A DNA stretch of 64,000 nt. Source: Paramecium tetraurelia. Its lineage: Eukaryota. The translations under genes and the position numbers were made by a program. How positions within the stretch are numbered: position 1 is the first letter of the stretch; the number at the start of each line of letters is the position of its first letter. Location: NCBI GenBank assembly GCA_000165425.1, contig CT868252.1:310001-374000 (forward strand). The letters are read 5' to 3'. This document shows positions 1 to 16,388 of this stretch, one piece after another. The notes below the pieces were generated by a model, which saw only the letters and a program-made list of their open reading frames with translations, made no database searches and was not told the origin of the DNA.

Positions 1-855
1 AATGAGTGGATGTGTTGTTATTATAACTTATGTTTTAGAAATTTAATTTTATTCTAATGTATTTTATAATTATTATAAATATATATTAAAATATAATTGT
101 TATACTTCTAGAAGAAAGAAATATCTAATTTCAAAAATAGTTTTAAACTAAATTTTATGAAGAATATATTTGAATAGAAGGTAATCATATCTTAATAGCA
201 TTAGTTGCAAGTGCCAAATTATTAAATAATAGGTTCAGTAAAATATCGGATTGCAATCACTTTACACTATAATTTATTGGTCCTTGTTTAGTATATCAAA
301 TAATTCACTAAATTTCCTAATAAAATGGTCTAAATATTTTATTGTGAAACCTCATCTATAAAATAATCGAAAGTTGTGTAATAAAATCATGATTATTGTT
401 AAGGTCATTTTGAATTGAAATCAATGAGGCTAGTTTTATATTATTTCAAGAAGTAAATAAAAGAAATTCATTTAATCTTTATATTTATTAATTATTTTTA
501 CTATAAAAAATCTAAATTATTAATTAAATTTCATCATTTTTCATCCCATCACATTAAATTTAATTCTAATGTGAAAGCTGTGTTAATTTAAGTAGGAGTA
601 ACGATCTCAATCATATTATGCACTTTGCCTGGTACCTCAGATGAAGAAGGAAGAATAATAAGTTTGGACATTCTTAGTTATGACAACCCAGAAGATAAAT
701 TATTATGTCCTATAAAATTTAGACTGAATAATTTATTTTTTAATGCCTGAAAAATTATTTGAGCTTCAAAAGATTGATGGAATTTGGATATTTAAGTAAA
801 ATTCAATGAGTTTAGTAAAATTAATAATAATACATTTTAGATTATTTTATTTAAA

Positions 856-2332
<1,477 letters not shown>

Positions 2333-2371
2333 TCTAAAATTTATATTTATTTTATTTCACATAATAAACGA

Positions 2372-3475
2372 ATGAATTAATCTCAATCTACTCATACTAA
2401 TAATTCTAGATTTGTGTCATTGAATAAGGATCCTCTTGAGAAGTACAAACAAGGATTAAGATAAAAGTTTATGTAGATGTACGATTAAATTGAAGAATAA
2501 AGATTTCATTAGCCAATAACTCCATAAGAAGGAACGATATTTTTAACTGAATAACAATCTCTTAGATCTCTATTAAATTCATCCAGAAGACCATCAGAAA
2601 TTGAATCTTTTCAAGAAGAGTGTCTAATAATACAAAAAGAAAATTAGTTGACGGATCTATATTAAGCACCAAAAGAAATATCATTATCATACACTTAAAA
2701 AAGACTTAAAAATAGGATTTTTGATCCAATACCTAATGTTAATCCAATTTTCAAGAGTCTAATTGGTAGATCTCTATTGTAGCAATCCAATACCAAGTTA
2801 CTTTAATAAGAATAAAGTTGTTAAACTAGTTTTAATATTGAAAAAGAAAACAAACTCTAAACTCAATCAGTTAGTCTCCTATTACCTAAATCAACAATAG
2901 GTATCTAAACTGCAGATATCCCAATTAAATAAGAAAATGTTTAGGTCTAATGTAGTTTTCGATAAAGCAGATGTGATTCAGAGATCGTTAATATTTAATC
3001 ATATTTAGACCGACATTATGATTATCTATAATATTAACAACATTCAAATTGGAATCCTAATATCTCTGAACTTAAACTATTAAATATGTCAGATGATTAT
3101 TAATACTCCTTTTGCAATATCTGTAAATAATTTGTGAAAAATTATATCAATTAAAATAATAACCATTAAAAGTCCTGCAAAGTACAGACTTATGAAAATT
3201 CACTATCGGAATTGATTGGAAAGTTTCAATACCTTCTATCCTCTGAAACCAATTTATTAAGAGATTTTGATGAAATGTGCAAATGTACTAGAAGATATTG
3301 TTACGCAGCATTGGAAATATGTACGTTATTAAGACAAACTCAAATTCAAAGAAGGATAGAATAACTAAGATAGGATTTGATTAAAGTTAATTAAGAAATT
3401 CAAAAAAATAAGAATAAGCATTCTCTAAAAATTGCTTAATTATTCTAATTTTTAATCTTACAATTATAGAATTGA
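2372..3475 (+). CDS. Hypothetical protein, single exon, about 367 aa, with CxxC..H..C motif and C-terminal coiled coil
   Basis: Open ATG-to-TGA frame under the ciliate code; contains FCNICKQFVKNYINQNNNHQKSC. Confidence 0.75.
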
Positions 3476-3549
3476 CTTTATTCATGATTCTTTTTATGAC
3501 TAATTTTTATTATTATTCTCTCAATTCTAAGTATATTATAATAAAATAA

Positions 3550-6500
3550 ATGGAAATAATCAAAATAGGTTCGATCGTGAGTATTTCTCATTTATAAGAT
3601 GATGATGCTCTCATTGGTGGAGATGGATTTATCAAAAAGTATTAGTAAATCACTAAAGTAGTGCTGTAATACTAAAAGGTATGTCTCCTTTAAATAAATT
3701 GGACACTAAAGATTTTAACATTAGCTATTTTAGTCAAATGAAGTATTTATAGTTCTCATAATAGCATTCCTAATTGCTTATTTGTAGTATGTCCAAGAAC
3801 ATCAAATGGAAAGAAAGTAGAAGTTGCCAAAATCTTCCCTTAGAGAAAAAAGAAACCTTTTGGATCAATAAATGATGATGTAACTGATCAAAAAAGTGAG
3901 GTTACACCTGTAAGATCATAAGTACTATTGTATTATGTATGCTAATAGATTAAATCAGTAACCCACTCTGTGCAACCATTATTGAGCGAAAAGTAGGTAA
4001 GAGACAATCAGATGAATTTGTTTAATGAATTTAAATTTAATGTAGATGGGTTTGAGAAAGAGAAAGGCAATTATGTTAAATATGAAGAGCCAATCTAATT
4101 ATTGCATTTAGCGTCATCTAAATGGCTTTGTTCATTGTTGGATGAGGCCAAATTTGAAAATTAAAATTTTAAATTGGCTTTGAGTGATTATACTAGCGAT
4201 GAAACTCTATTTAAAATAGTAGCCACTTATAAATATTAAAAAGAAGGAGATCAAATAGTATATTCTCAAGAAATCGTCAGGATTATGCGTATGATACCTT
4301 TTCTTGGGAAACCCACTTATTTACATTGTTCAGGTGAGATACCATAGAAAGCCATTAAAGAGTATAGAGAGAATAGTGAAGTTAAGATTTAGAAGAGAGA
4401 AATTAATGCATCGCTTGAAGAATCAACATCTTGGAAAATTAATCTATTCGCTGAAGAACTACCCATTGATGGTGATTTGGTATGGATTCATCACTCTGAA
4501 ACTTGTTCATAATTGGCTGTTGATTATGAAAGAGATCTAAACAGAGCTAAGATTTCTGTGTTTCAAACAGATTTAAGTGAATTATCATTTGATAATTACA
4601 GTGGCAATGCATATTCAATGTGGATAATTGAAGGTGAAGATTATAAGAAAGGAGGACCTTATTTATATTCTAATAATTATAGATTAAAGCATTTTCATAC
4701 AGGGTTGTATTTAGCTTGTGTCAGAGTAATCCCAAAGGAACAAGAAGATATTAAGATTGATCCATATGGCAAAAAGAAAGTGATTATTCCAAAGAGTAAG
4801 AAGGTGCCTGCCACTTTTGCCTTATAAGTCTAGCCTAACAAGGATTCTTTGTTTAGATTTGAACCCTTAAAATCAGTTAATAAGGATGAAATTTAATCTG
4901 ATTTTATTTAAATTAGAAGTGTCACTTAAGGAAAATATCTAGATGTTATTAATAAATTCCATCAAGATGAAAATACATTGAAACCAGTAATATTAAATCA
5001 AAAGAATGAACATGCAGTCTTTAAGATCTTCAGAGCAAATAAATAAGAAACCTAAGAAGTACTATTTTTAGATTCATGTACAAAATAATTAAGAAAGTAT
5101 TAATTTTATATCAATTTGCTTTTTAAGTTTGAATAAAATTAAATGTATTAATCATTATCTGATGATGTAGAGCTATTGAAAATAAAGACCAAAAAATTGG
5201 CTACTGCTTAAAGATGCATTTAAAACTTAGATGATTTTCTTAGATAAAAAATATACAATTCAAGTCCATCTTAAAAATATGGATTTATATCTCCTAAAAG
5301 GTAGAAACTATTGAAAGATCAACATTTCTTTGATGTGCTGTTACAAATTCTTACATCCACAGTCACTAAATAAGAATTAGAAATATGGTCGAATAAAAAG
5401 GGAAATCTCAAGGCATTAGAATAACCATCCATGACTGAAAAAAATCAAAGAAAATAATAAACCATCTCTGAGAAGGATAAATTAGAGCTGTCCAATTCAA
5501 AGGTTGAGGTTTGCAATATGATTTTCGTGTTGCTACAAACTAGTGTAATAAATAATACAAGCAATTAACTTTATCTGTTTGAACGATTGCCAGATTATCA
5601 ACATTATTGTAAGTATCTACCATAGACTATTAACTTTTTGATTGAGATGGTGAAGAGCAATGAGAAAATATTAATAAACCTATGCAACAATTTAAAGATC
5701 GAATTTGATTACATAAAAAAACAGGAAATTGAAGATGATCTTAAAAACAAAGTCAAAGTGTTAATAAATTTCTATGAGAAAGATGCAGGAATACAGTAGG
5801 ATGTTTCAATTCCTGTAAAAGTGCATGATCGTATCATTACAAGACCAATCAATATAATACAATATTTCTTCAACTTGATTATTGATGACACTGCCAAAAA
5901 CAATGAACATTATTTGAGATTTTTGAGACATATTTGTAGATATAAAAATAATGCCATTAGTATCAATTAGGAGAATTTGTTTAAGTTGTATAAGAAATAT
6001 AATAAATAAACTAAATTGTTACAAATTGAAACTAATAATGGATGCATAATTGATAAGGAAATCTCATTTTAATATGAATTATTACAATTCTTTTCAGAAG
6101 TATCTTATGGTAGAAATTATTTATGGTAAGCAGAGTTGAGTCCATTGTTTGAGAAGGATATTCTAATAAACTAGATCTGGAATCCAAATCAGGTTGAGGG
6201 TAATCAAATAGATGATAAATTAAGGTCATATTGGTGCAGATTAAGTAGAACTCTGTATATTGATTAATAACCATTCTAATATTTGATTGTTCCTAATTTT
6301 TGTCGATTGTATTCCCCTTATCAAGACTAATTGAAAAACAGGAATGATGAGGAAATTGAGAAGCAATTCAAATTGAAAAAGATGTTTAAATACATAAAAA
6401 CTAAGAGAAGCGAAGTCTATGAGGCAATAGCCAGTCGTGCATCTAGTGATTTATTAAATGATGAATTGGTCTATAATGCAGCTGATTAAATCTTAACTAT

Positions 6501-9500
6501 GTTATAATTAGACATCATGCCAAATAAGTATTACAACAAAATAATTAAATATATGTCAGAAATGTTCATATATGATAGAAAGAATCTTGATTATTTGAAT
6601 GCTGCAGTCAAAAGCTATCAAAAAACAGTTACTGAGAGGAAGAGTAAAAAAAGTATAGTGATCAATCAATTTGGAAATGTCTTTAGTGGAATGAAAGATC
6701 TCATATAGTTAAAATAAGAGGATAAGGAAGAAATTGCAGAAGAGGAAGAAGACGAAGAAATTAATTTATATGATTAACCGAAATTGTTTCTTAATCCAAT
6801 AATGAAAGGATTTATGGCAATGAGTAATCAATTGGAAGGGTTGATAACTTTACCAAAATCATAATAGGAAATTGAATTTAAATTGAAAGTGTGTTCAATT
6901 CTTGATCATTTCTTAGATCGAAGACAGAACTTCCTTATTTCTAACATTTTATTATTCTTCTTAAAATATTAATATACAAATGACGATTTGTCAGATGAGG
7001 ATGATGATTAAACTATTAAGGCTGCACCTAAGATATTTAATAATAACTACAAAACATTGATTCCCACTATTGCTAGAACTGGAATCGATGAGATTGATGA
7101 ACCAGAAGATACAACTTAGGATTTCCTATAGATGGCAGTTAAGAAGCCACCTACATTTACTAACTATTTCCAATAATATAACATCAAATCTGAAGATGAA
7201 TTCTAAGAATTAGATTACTACTTGAGTTAAGCATAAAAGTTTGATAATAATGAGAGATTGAGTGAAGATTAATTAAAGGAGAAATAAGTGGCAAGTTTAT
7301 TACCCTATTTGATGTCAACTTACTTTTTAGTTAAGGATTAAGTTTTAGAGGAAAGGTGTCTTAATGTAATTATGAGAGTTTTTAATTAAAGAGAAGAGTT
7401 GCGAGAAAATATGAAAAAGCTGTAAATCTTATTTGATGATGATAATATAAAGATATACGAATTTGTTGAACATCTCCAAAAGGATTTAAGAGTAATGGTG
7501 GAGAAGACTGAAATTTGGTTGACTCAATTTAGGGCTGGATATGATGTTGAAGAACTAGATAAATGTGCCCAAATCATTAGACAATTAACCCTGTGTATGA
7601 GATAAGGAGTTCAAGTGAATGATCGCGAGCTAGTAGTTGAAGTAGTCAATAAAGAGATCAATGATTCTGAAAAGTAATCTATAATGACATTTCTAAAAAT
7701 TCATGAAATAGTAATCAATCTCATTTAAAATGGTATGGCACATTTTATTTCTGTTTTGAATGATGAATTCATCAAAATAGAAAGAAAAGAACAATTATTA
7801 TTGCTATTTTCTAATGCATTTAAGTTTCTCATTTGTTATTGCACGAATAACAAGGGAAATCAATTAATACTCTATCAATATCTAGAGATATATTTATAGT
7901 TTATATAATATGATGTTGGACAATGCAAACTTTTAATTGAAATATTTAGAGACAATCCAAGACTATTAAACACTGGAGTTAAATCCTTAGTATAAAGATT
8001 AATCGAAATAATAGAAAGAGAAGGAAGACAAGTGAAGTTTGTTGAAATGTAAGATTTATGATATTCATTTAGACTATTAAATTTAATTAGTATTGCAGGA
8101 TAATATTTACTGGAAAATTAAATTCTGATCTTAAATACTTTCTTGCCTATGAGATCATTGAAGGAAACGGAACAAAGACTATTATATGCAGAAGGAAGTT
8201 AATAAAAAGATCTTCGTTTTTATTTTGATGATTAATTTTTGGAACCTGAAGAGAATTTGATAAAATAATTGGAAGCTATTGATTGGAAAGATTGTTACAG
8301 AGATGAACCATTTTTATATCATTCCAAGATTCTAGATTTGCTATTGTAAACATCTTTGATTGATAATACTGTAAGAGAATACAATCCTTCACTCATGCCT
8401 ACGGATAATTTTAATATTAGTGTATTTAAATTAAAGAAAATGATCAAACCAAGTTATCTATTGGAAATCTTAAGATTAGATGATGATATGGTATCTCTCA
8501 AGCAAAGATTAGCAAGAATGCCAACTCAATTTATTAAGGGTTAAGCTAGTTAATATCAGGATGAATAATTTAATAAAAAGAAAGGTTATACAGCTCTGAA
8601 ACCAATAGTATGCGAATTCTTGAGATTAGTACACATTGTGAGTGAAAAAAATAATGCTTAAGAGGGATTGCTATCCTAATTAAGCAGACAATTTATACAT
8701 TTTGTTGAATTCGAAAGCAAAAAGTTAGAATTTGTTGCAGCTGGAACGGATTATTAAAATTGTTATGTAGATTATATTATAGGCTAAGTTATTCCACTTA
8801 TTTTATGTTATCATTAAAGAGTGTTAAGTGTTTAATAAGAGGATGTTAAAAATGCATTAATAGAATTTTCTAGTTAGTTTGCATAAGCTCTTTGCTCAAC
8901 TTTCTACTAGAAATTGACTAAGTATGAACAGCTAGAAATAATATCAAAGTTGAGGGAATATTATCAAAATGAATACTATGAACCTGCCTATAGGTAGGAA
9001 GGAGAGTAATCAATATTACATCTATAGCATATGCAGTTTTAATTAGAGGATGGTGAGGACTTATAGCAGCCGATTGAAGAATAGCATGTCTAATCAATTT
9101 AAAAGAAATCTTAATCCAAATCAAAGAATTTATTAAGTTAATTTGCTTCCTTGAATTTATCATTGATTAATAAAACTAGCAAACACAAAAGAGGCGATTT
9201 AACTCCAATTAAATTACAGGAACAATGGAAAAGATTTGCCGAGGAGTTGTTCAGATCTCCTAAGTTGGAAGAGCAAATAGACATTGAGAAAGAAGCATTG
9301 GCAGATGCAATCATTGGAATAGATAAATTAATATAGGAGCCTTGTGAAATTAAACCATCTTTGGAATCCATATTAAAGAAATTCATCACATTTCTTTAGA
9401 CTGCTGTATTACAATAGGACAATAAGGGAACTATTGTCATATTATTAAAGATAATGTCTAAGATTATTGAGAAGCAAGATTCAGATGAAAAGAAAGAATA

Positions 9501-12368
9501 CTATTAGAAATTATTTGATAATTTGGGAGCAACAAGAATGGTACTCAATGTGATCACAGATTATTCTAAATTACTAAGTAATGAAATGCTGTATTATCTA
9601 ATTTCCTTTATTAATGTACTTCTTAGAAATGGTAATTCACAAGTACAGAACACAATATTTACGTTTTGTCAGACTCAATAGAAAAGTGAGGTGATGTTTT
9701 AGACATTTGCTAAGTATTTGGAAATTGCTGCTACTTCAGGAAGAGACAAGAATGAAGATAAGGAGGAAGCTGAAGTTTAGAAGCAAATAGTAAATTGTAT
9801 ATTGAAGTTCTTTTAAAATTGTACTGAAGGACATTATTAAGATATGTAGAATTACATTAGATATTAATATAATTCAAGAGCATCTAAAGATCTCATCAAT
9901 TTAGTAGCAGATTTATTTAAAAATTATGACCGAACTAAATAGAATTTCAGTAATTTAATGTGTTGTTTGGATACACTAAATGAATTAGTTTAAGGTCCTT
10001 GTGCTGAGAATCAATTAGCAGTTGCAGATTCTAAATTTTTTGATGTGGTCTAAGAGATGTTTCCTTTAAGAAAAGGTGCTGTATCATAATAAAAAGCAGT
10101 TAAGTCTGCAGCAACAAAAAGGATAAGTGTGTTGCCATCCCAATCGGTTTCTAATCTTTTAACAAGAGGAATGAAGGCACAATTGTAAAACAAGATTTTA
10201 GTGTTGGTTCTGTCATTGTTGGAGAATAGGGAAATCAAAGGAAAGAATTCTATAATAAAAAGGATTATGAGAGTATTGCCAATGAATGTTTTAGAAAGAC
10301 ATTTGAGTAAGATTTATAAGAAATGGTTCAATAAATATACAGGTGATTATAATATGCAAGCATTTGAATTACTGAAGATAGATGCAATGGATTTAGATGA
10401 AGAAAGTTAGGAATTCAAGGATTGTGAAATTATCATATAGAATGGATTCTATATCATGTTCTTGATTTGCTATTATATGGAGAGTGATGAAGAGATCGAT
10501 TCAGTCTTTATGGGATACAACAAATAATATTTAAAAAGTTAAATTTAATAGAATTCGTTGTTTGATCCAAACTCTACCTTAGGCTAATTGTTTGCTTTAG
10601 GTATGGAATTATATGAAATGTCCTTATTGAAAACCTAATAGATGTTTAATGAATTGAACAAGACCAGAAAGGATGATCCAGAATTCATCTTAGAATAGTA
10701 GAAGCGTAAATAAGAGGAAAAGAAGAAGAGATTGAAGAAAGCTTTTATGTTCTTCAGAGCTAGAACAGCTCACATAGAAGTAGTTAGAGATGATCAAATA
10801 GAATTAGTGTTCTTCCCATTATTACCTTTCAGTAAATTAAATAAGGATGAGAAGCAGTCTTTTCAACAAACAGTCGATCGTTCTTCTGCTAAATCTAAGG
10901 TTCAGGATCTCATGGAAAAGAGTCCCGAGTTAATCTAAATCATGAGACATGAGGAAGAGATGAACAGATTCTATAAGCAATATAAACTCATTGGATTCTT
11001 TGCCAATTATATACAATTGTGGAAGGACTTAGCCTTCTATTTGACTCTGATAATCAACACAATGATCATAGCTTCCTTTTCACATCAATCGGATCCAGAC
11101 AGACCAAAAGAGGATGTGAGTAGTGAAGCTTTGGATGAATACGTATTCTTTAGGAAAGATGAATGGACTTAAGCATAAACTAAAGAGTTAATCAGTGCAC
11201 TAGGATATGCCATGATGGTTTGTTCCTTGTTTGTTGTATTGTTTGTCTTAGCCAGAATAGCTCCCCTTATTATCAAAAAGGCTTTGCAAAGAAAACCCTT
11301 ATTAGAAGGACAAGGAATGATAAAGCTATTAATAAATTGGTTGGCCAAATTCTTTTTCGTGCTTTTTTATTGTTTATAAGATTTCCAACTTAGTTTACTA
11401 TTTGGGATATGGAGCATTATCTGTAATTGGTACTTTAGTACATCCCTTTTTCTTTTGTTTCCATTTGACAGTCATACTAATAAGATATCCCACTTTGAGT
11501 AATGTTGTTAGAGCAGTCACAATGCCTTGGCAACAATTAGTGCTGACTCTATTGCTAATTATTATCATTACATACATCTTTACACTTATTGCTTTCTATG
11601 CTTTACAAGATCCCTTTGGATTGGATTGCAAGGAAGTAAGTATCTGCTTCTTATAAATATTTGATAAGAATTTCAAAATCCCTGGAGGAATAGGAGGTGA
11701 TATTACGAATAATAATCCATCTCCTACTTATGAGATTTTTAGATACCTTTATGATCAAATTAATAATCTATTGTTAGTTATTATCATGGTGAGTATTGCA
11801 TCAGGTATTATTATCGATACCTTTGGATAACTAAGAGAAGACGAAAACAAGATGAATAGTGATATTAAAGATAAGTGTTTCATATGCGGTTAAGAGAAGT
11901 AATTACACATTAATAATAATTTAGTATCATTTTCGAAAGAAGTTCAGATGGATCATCGGGGGGATTTAAGAATCATATAAGACAGAATCACTATATGTGG
12001 AATTACTTATATTGTAAGATTTTAGTTATTAACTTTTATTAGATATTGCTTATTTGTAATGGAAGGATCCATAAGATTATTCAGGCATCGAATCCTATGT
12101 TGATAAAAAAATAAAAGACACAGATTTGAGTTGGATTCCTTTTGGAAGGGCTAGAGAATTAGACAAAGGAGAGGATGAATCAGAAAAATAGGCTAAACAG
12201 ATGGAACAATCATCCAGTAATATTGCATCATTGTTGACTCATTCCAGTGATATAATTTAAGCACTTAAAGAGAAGAAAGAAAAAAGAAAACAACACTTCA
12301 CTTAATAAACTTAACCAACACAATATAAGGAGTAAATCTTATCCCAATAATCAATGGCATTATTATGA
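3550..12368 (+). CDS. Inositol 1,4,5-trisphosphate receptor / ryanodine-receptor family Ca2+ release channel (Paramecium CRC type)
   Basis: N-terminal MIR-type segments (IQLLHLASSKWL, YRLKHFHTGLYL), RIH-associated motifs (FFQNCTEGHYQDMQNYIRYQ, CLDTLNELVQGPCAENQ), TM region (LVHPFFFCFHL..PTLSNVVRAVT), pore PGGIGGD, SGIIIDTFGQLRE, C-terminal KCFICG and HIRQNHYMWNYLY. One frame break near 11359-11390. Confidence 0.95.
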
Positions 12369-12371
12369 ATA

Positions 12372-13833
<1,462 letters not shown>

Positions 13834-13850
13834 AATATAATTTATAATAA

Positions 13851-14260
13851 TCACATTATAGTACAACAACCTGTCTAATTAATTCTCCTGCAATTATGAT
13901 CTTCTTACATTCGATGCTTTAAACAAACCTCTCGATGACAATGTCGACATTCAAACTTGTTCACCTCATTTAATTTGATTTTGCATTAAAGACATTTTGA
14001 TTCCTCTTTCTTTACTTATTCGCATACATGTTACTTTAAAATCTCATTTTCTGATTAGTTTGATAGGTATTGTATAACTTTGTTGCATTTAGAACATTGC
14101 ACTGCCTTCCTTCAGCAAATTAATATGGACATTCATGATCTTTAAGATCCTTATGTTCGAGACAAAATTTCTTATGACAAAGTGTACATTAAAATGGTAA
14201 GAAATCTCTTCTTTTACAATATTCCAAAGCACATCTTTCCATTTGATCATCTAAGTTCAT
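13851..14260 (-). CDS. Tandem AN1-type zinc finger protein (AIRAP/ZFAND2-like) ending in a CaaX box; one frame break
   Basis: RCALEYCKRRDFLPFQCTLCHKKFCLEHKDLKDHEC, then after a shift near 14105-14120 AVQCSKCNKVI...FECRHCHREVCLKHRMQEDHNC..GCCTIM*. Confidence 0.8.
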
Positions 14261-14509
14261 GTAAATAGTATTTTTTCAGTATTTTATTTTCTATTTTATT
14301 TGATAATCTCTATTTTTATAAATTTAAATAACTTATACGTATATATATACTTATTTTCAGTTTTCATCATCTTTATATATGAATAAACTCCATCAATTAT
14401 CAGATGTAGATTATATATGAGGATTGAAATTTAAATCTGTAAATAATATCTCCTTTAATATATTACTTTATAAATTAAGGTTAGATTTATTATTTTTATT
14501 TTGTCTCCA

Positions 14510-15150
14510 ATCAATTTTTATTATCTATTAACATACTATCGATTATTTAATTAATTTTTTTGAATTTCTTTATTTTTAAATGGTCATTTAGAATAATTAT
14601 ATGTGAAATTGAATTACCAAAATATTTATGTTTTGAAAAACTCTTTCCGAACTCCTCCATTCTTAATAATTCTCAGTTGAAAGTTGAACTCAGAAAAATT
14701 AATCTAAAATCTTAAACAAAATATTATTAGGCTCAGACCTTGTCTTAATTAAAGTAATCCTGCCTTTCAGGCTTTCGATAAAATAATTTTCACTGAAAAA
14801 TTCAATAGGCTTTTATTTATACTTAACATAAACATATTATTAGTGTTGATATATTTCTATCTAAATATTTGCAGTTTTGAGAAGTATTTTTAAAGAAATG
14901 CCTAGTATTTTTTTCATTTTCTTAAAGAATAAAAGTCAAAGAATGATTAGTTACCTCTAATTAAATATTATAGTTTGGAATGAAAAAATTGTCATCTTTA
15001 ATAGCTTACTATATTTTTTATGATTAACCTTATTGTAATTCATTTTTTTGTGGAATCCTAACTTTATAAAAGAGAAGTTCGAATAAATAGTTTTGCACAA
15101 ACTTATTTTTAGGGATATGTTGATAGAATTATATTTATTCATTAAATAGG
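14510..15150 (-). pseudogene. Possible decayed coding relic
   Basis: Coding-like stretch (ELLRMEEFGKSFSKHKYFGNSISHIIILNDHL) interrupted by in-frame TGAs; no intact frame. Confidence 0.3.
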
Positions 15151-15422
15151 TTAAATATCACATATATTTACTGATATAATAATAAAAATATTCTAAAGTT
15201 TAGTTAAAAATAATTGATAGTATTCATCTTTTTATGATTTTCTTTAAAGAATCATTTTAATTATTTTACTAATTATATTATATTAAGAAAGCATATTTAA
15301 GGACAAAATATTAACTTTATTCTCTCTTAATAATAAATCTATTAAAGTCGATATAATACTAGTCTTATTCAATTTATTTCAGAATAATGTTTTTAAATAA
15401 ATTATATATATGATGCATATGA

Positions 15423-16252
15423 TCATTTAGATGCAGTCTTTGCGCTTGTATTCATGTTGCTAGAACTATCGGATGCCAAAGATCCTTTGACTTAATCTGG
15501 AGTCATAAATTTTCCATCATCCAATCCTAATGCTGATAATACAATTAAAACTATGATGGCGATAAAAATTAGGCCAATCAAGCACATTAACAATTTGTCA
15601 GTATAAACTTATCTATTCAATAACTGTAAAAAGAAACTTTGCAAAATATTTTATTTTTTCAGCCGATCTTTTCAAAACTGATTGAGTGTCCTTTACTTTG
15701 TCATACATACTATCCAATTGGGCTATTTGTTAATCAATATCCATTATGATTTTTTCTGCCAAATCATTACCCTGCTAAACTATTCCTATGGTGCGGTCTA
15801 CTATTATTGATGCTAAATTTTTTTGATTCTATAAAATACCATCTTTCTATAATTAATCTCCCATTTCAATAACTTATTAGCTATTCATATCCTCCAATCC
15901 TTAAGGTTACTAATTTGACCTTCCTTTAAATAGATTATCATATTTCTACGCTTCATTTTTTTTAAACTTTAGTTCAGATTACAATTGCAAAAATCTTTAG
16001 TTAATTGATTCTAACAAATCTTTGTACCTAGAGTCGAACATCAAAATACTTTACGCTTTAGGCTTTATCTAGTAAATAAATCTCTAGTTGATAACTTTCA
16101 ATTTTGGAGGAAATTATTTTAACTTGAGCTTCACATTGTTTAATTCCATCTTATTTTTGGCTATATTCCTTTTTGCTTAAGGAATTTATTGTTTTTTATA
16201 ATTCATCTAAACCTTCATTGAGAGTACGATTATATTCGTTCAAATAAATCAT
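15423..16252 (-). CDS. Qb-SNARE, NPSN/Vti1-like
   Basis: Helical N-terminal domain, SNARE heptads (IDQQIAQLDSMYDKVKDTQSVLKRSAEKIKYFAKQVYTDKL), one TM (LMCLIGLIFIAIIVLIVLSALGL), luminal tail; introns of 22, 25 and probably 27 nt. Confidence 0.8.
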
Positions 16253-16388
16253 TTTTAATTTAAAAAATAATGAATTTATCAAAAAATATTGTTTAAATAG
16301 AAGAAATTAAAATTCTCATTAAGAGTTTTTCATAATAATAGAAAATTCAAAATAATATTGATTAAATTAAATTAATAATTATTAAAAT

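Noticed and set aside
540..790. Coding-like stretch upstream of PTEN
   Set aside because: Short open frames on both strands with no clear start, intron or motif; cannot assign a gene.
14634..14662. Minus-strand GGVRKEFF resembling a HECT-domain motif
   Set aside because: Isolated 8-mer with a stop shortly after and no other HECT motifs; the neighbouring frame looks more coding-like.
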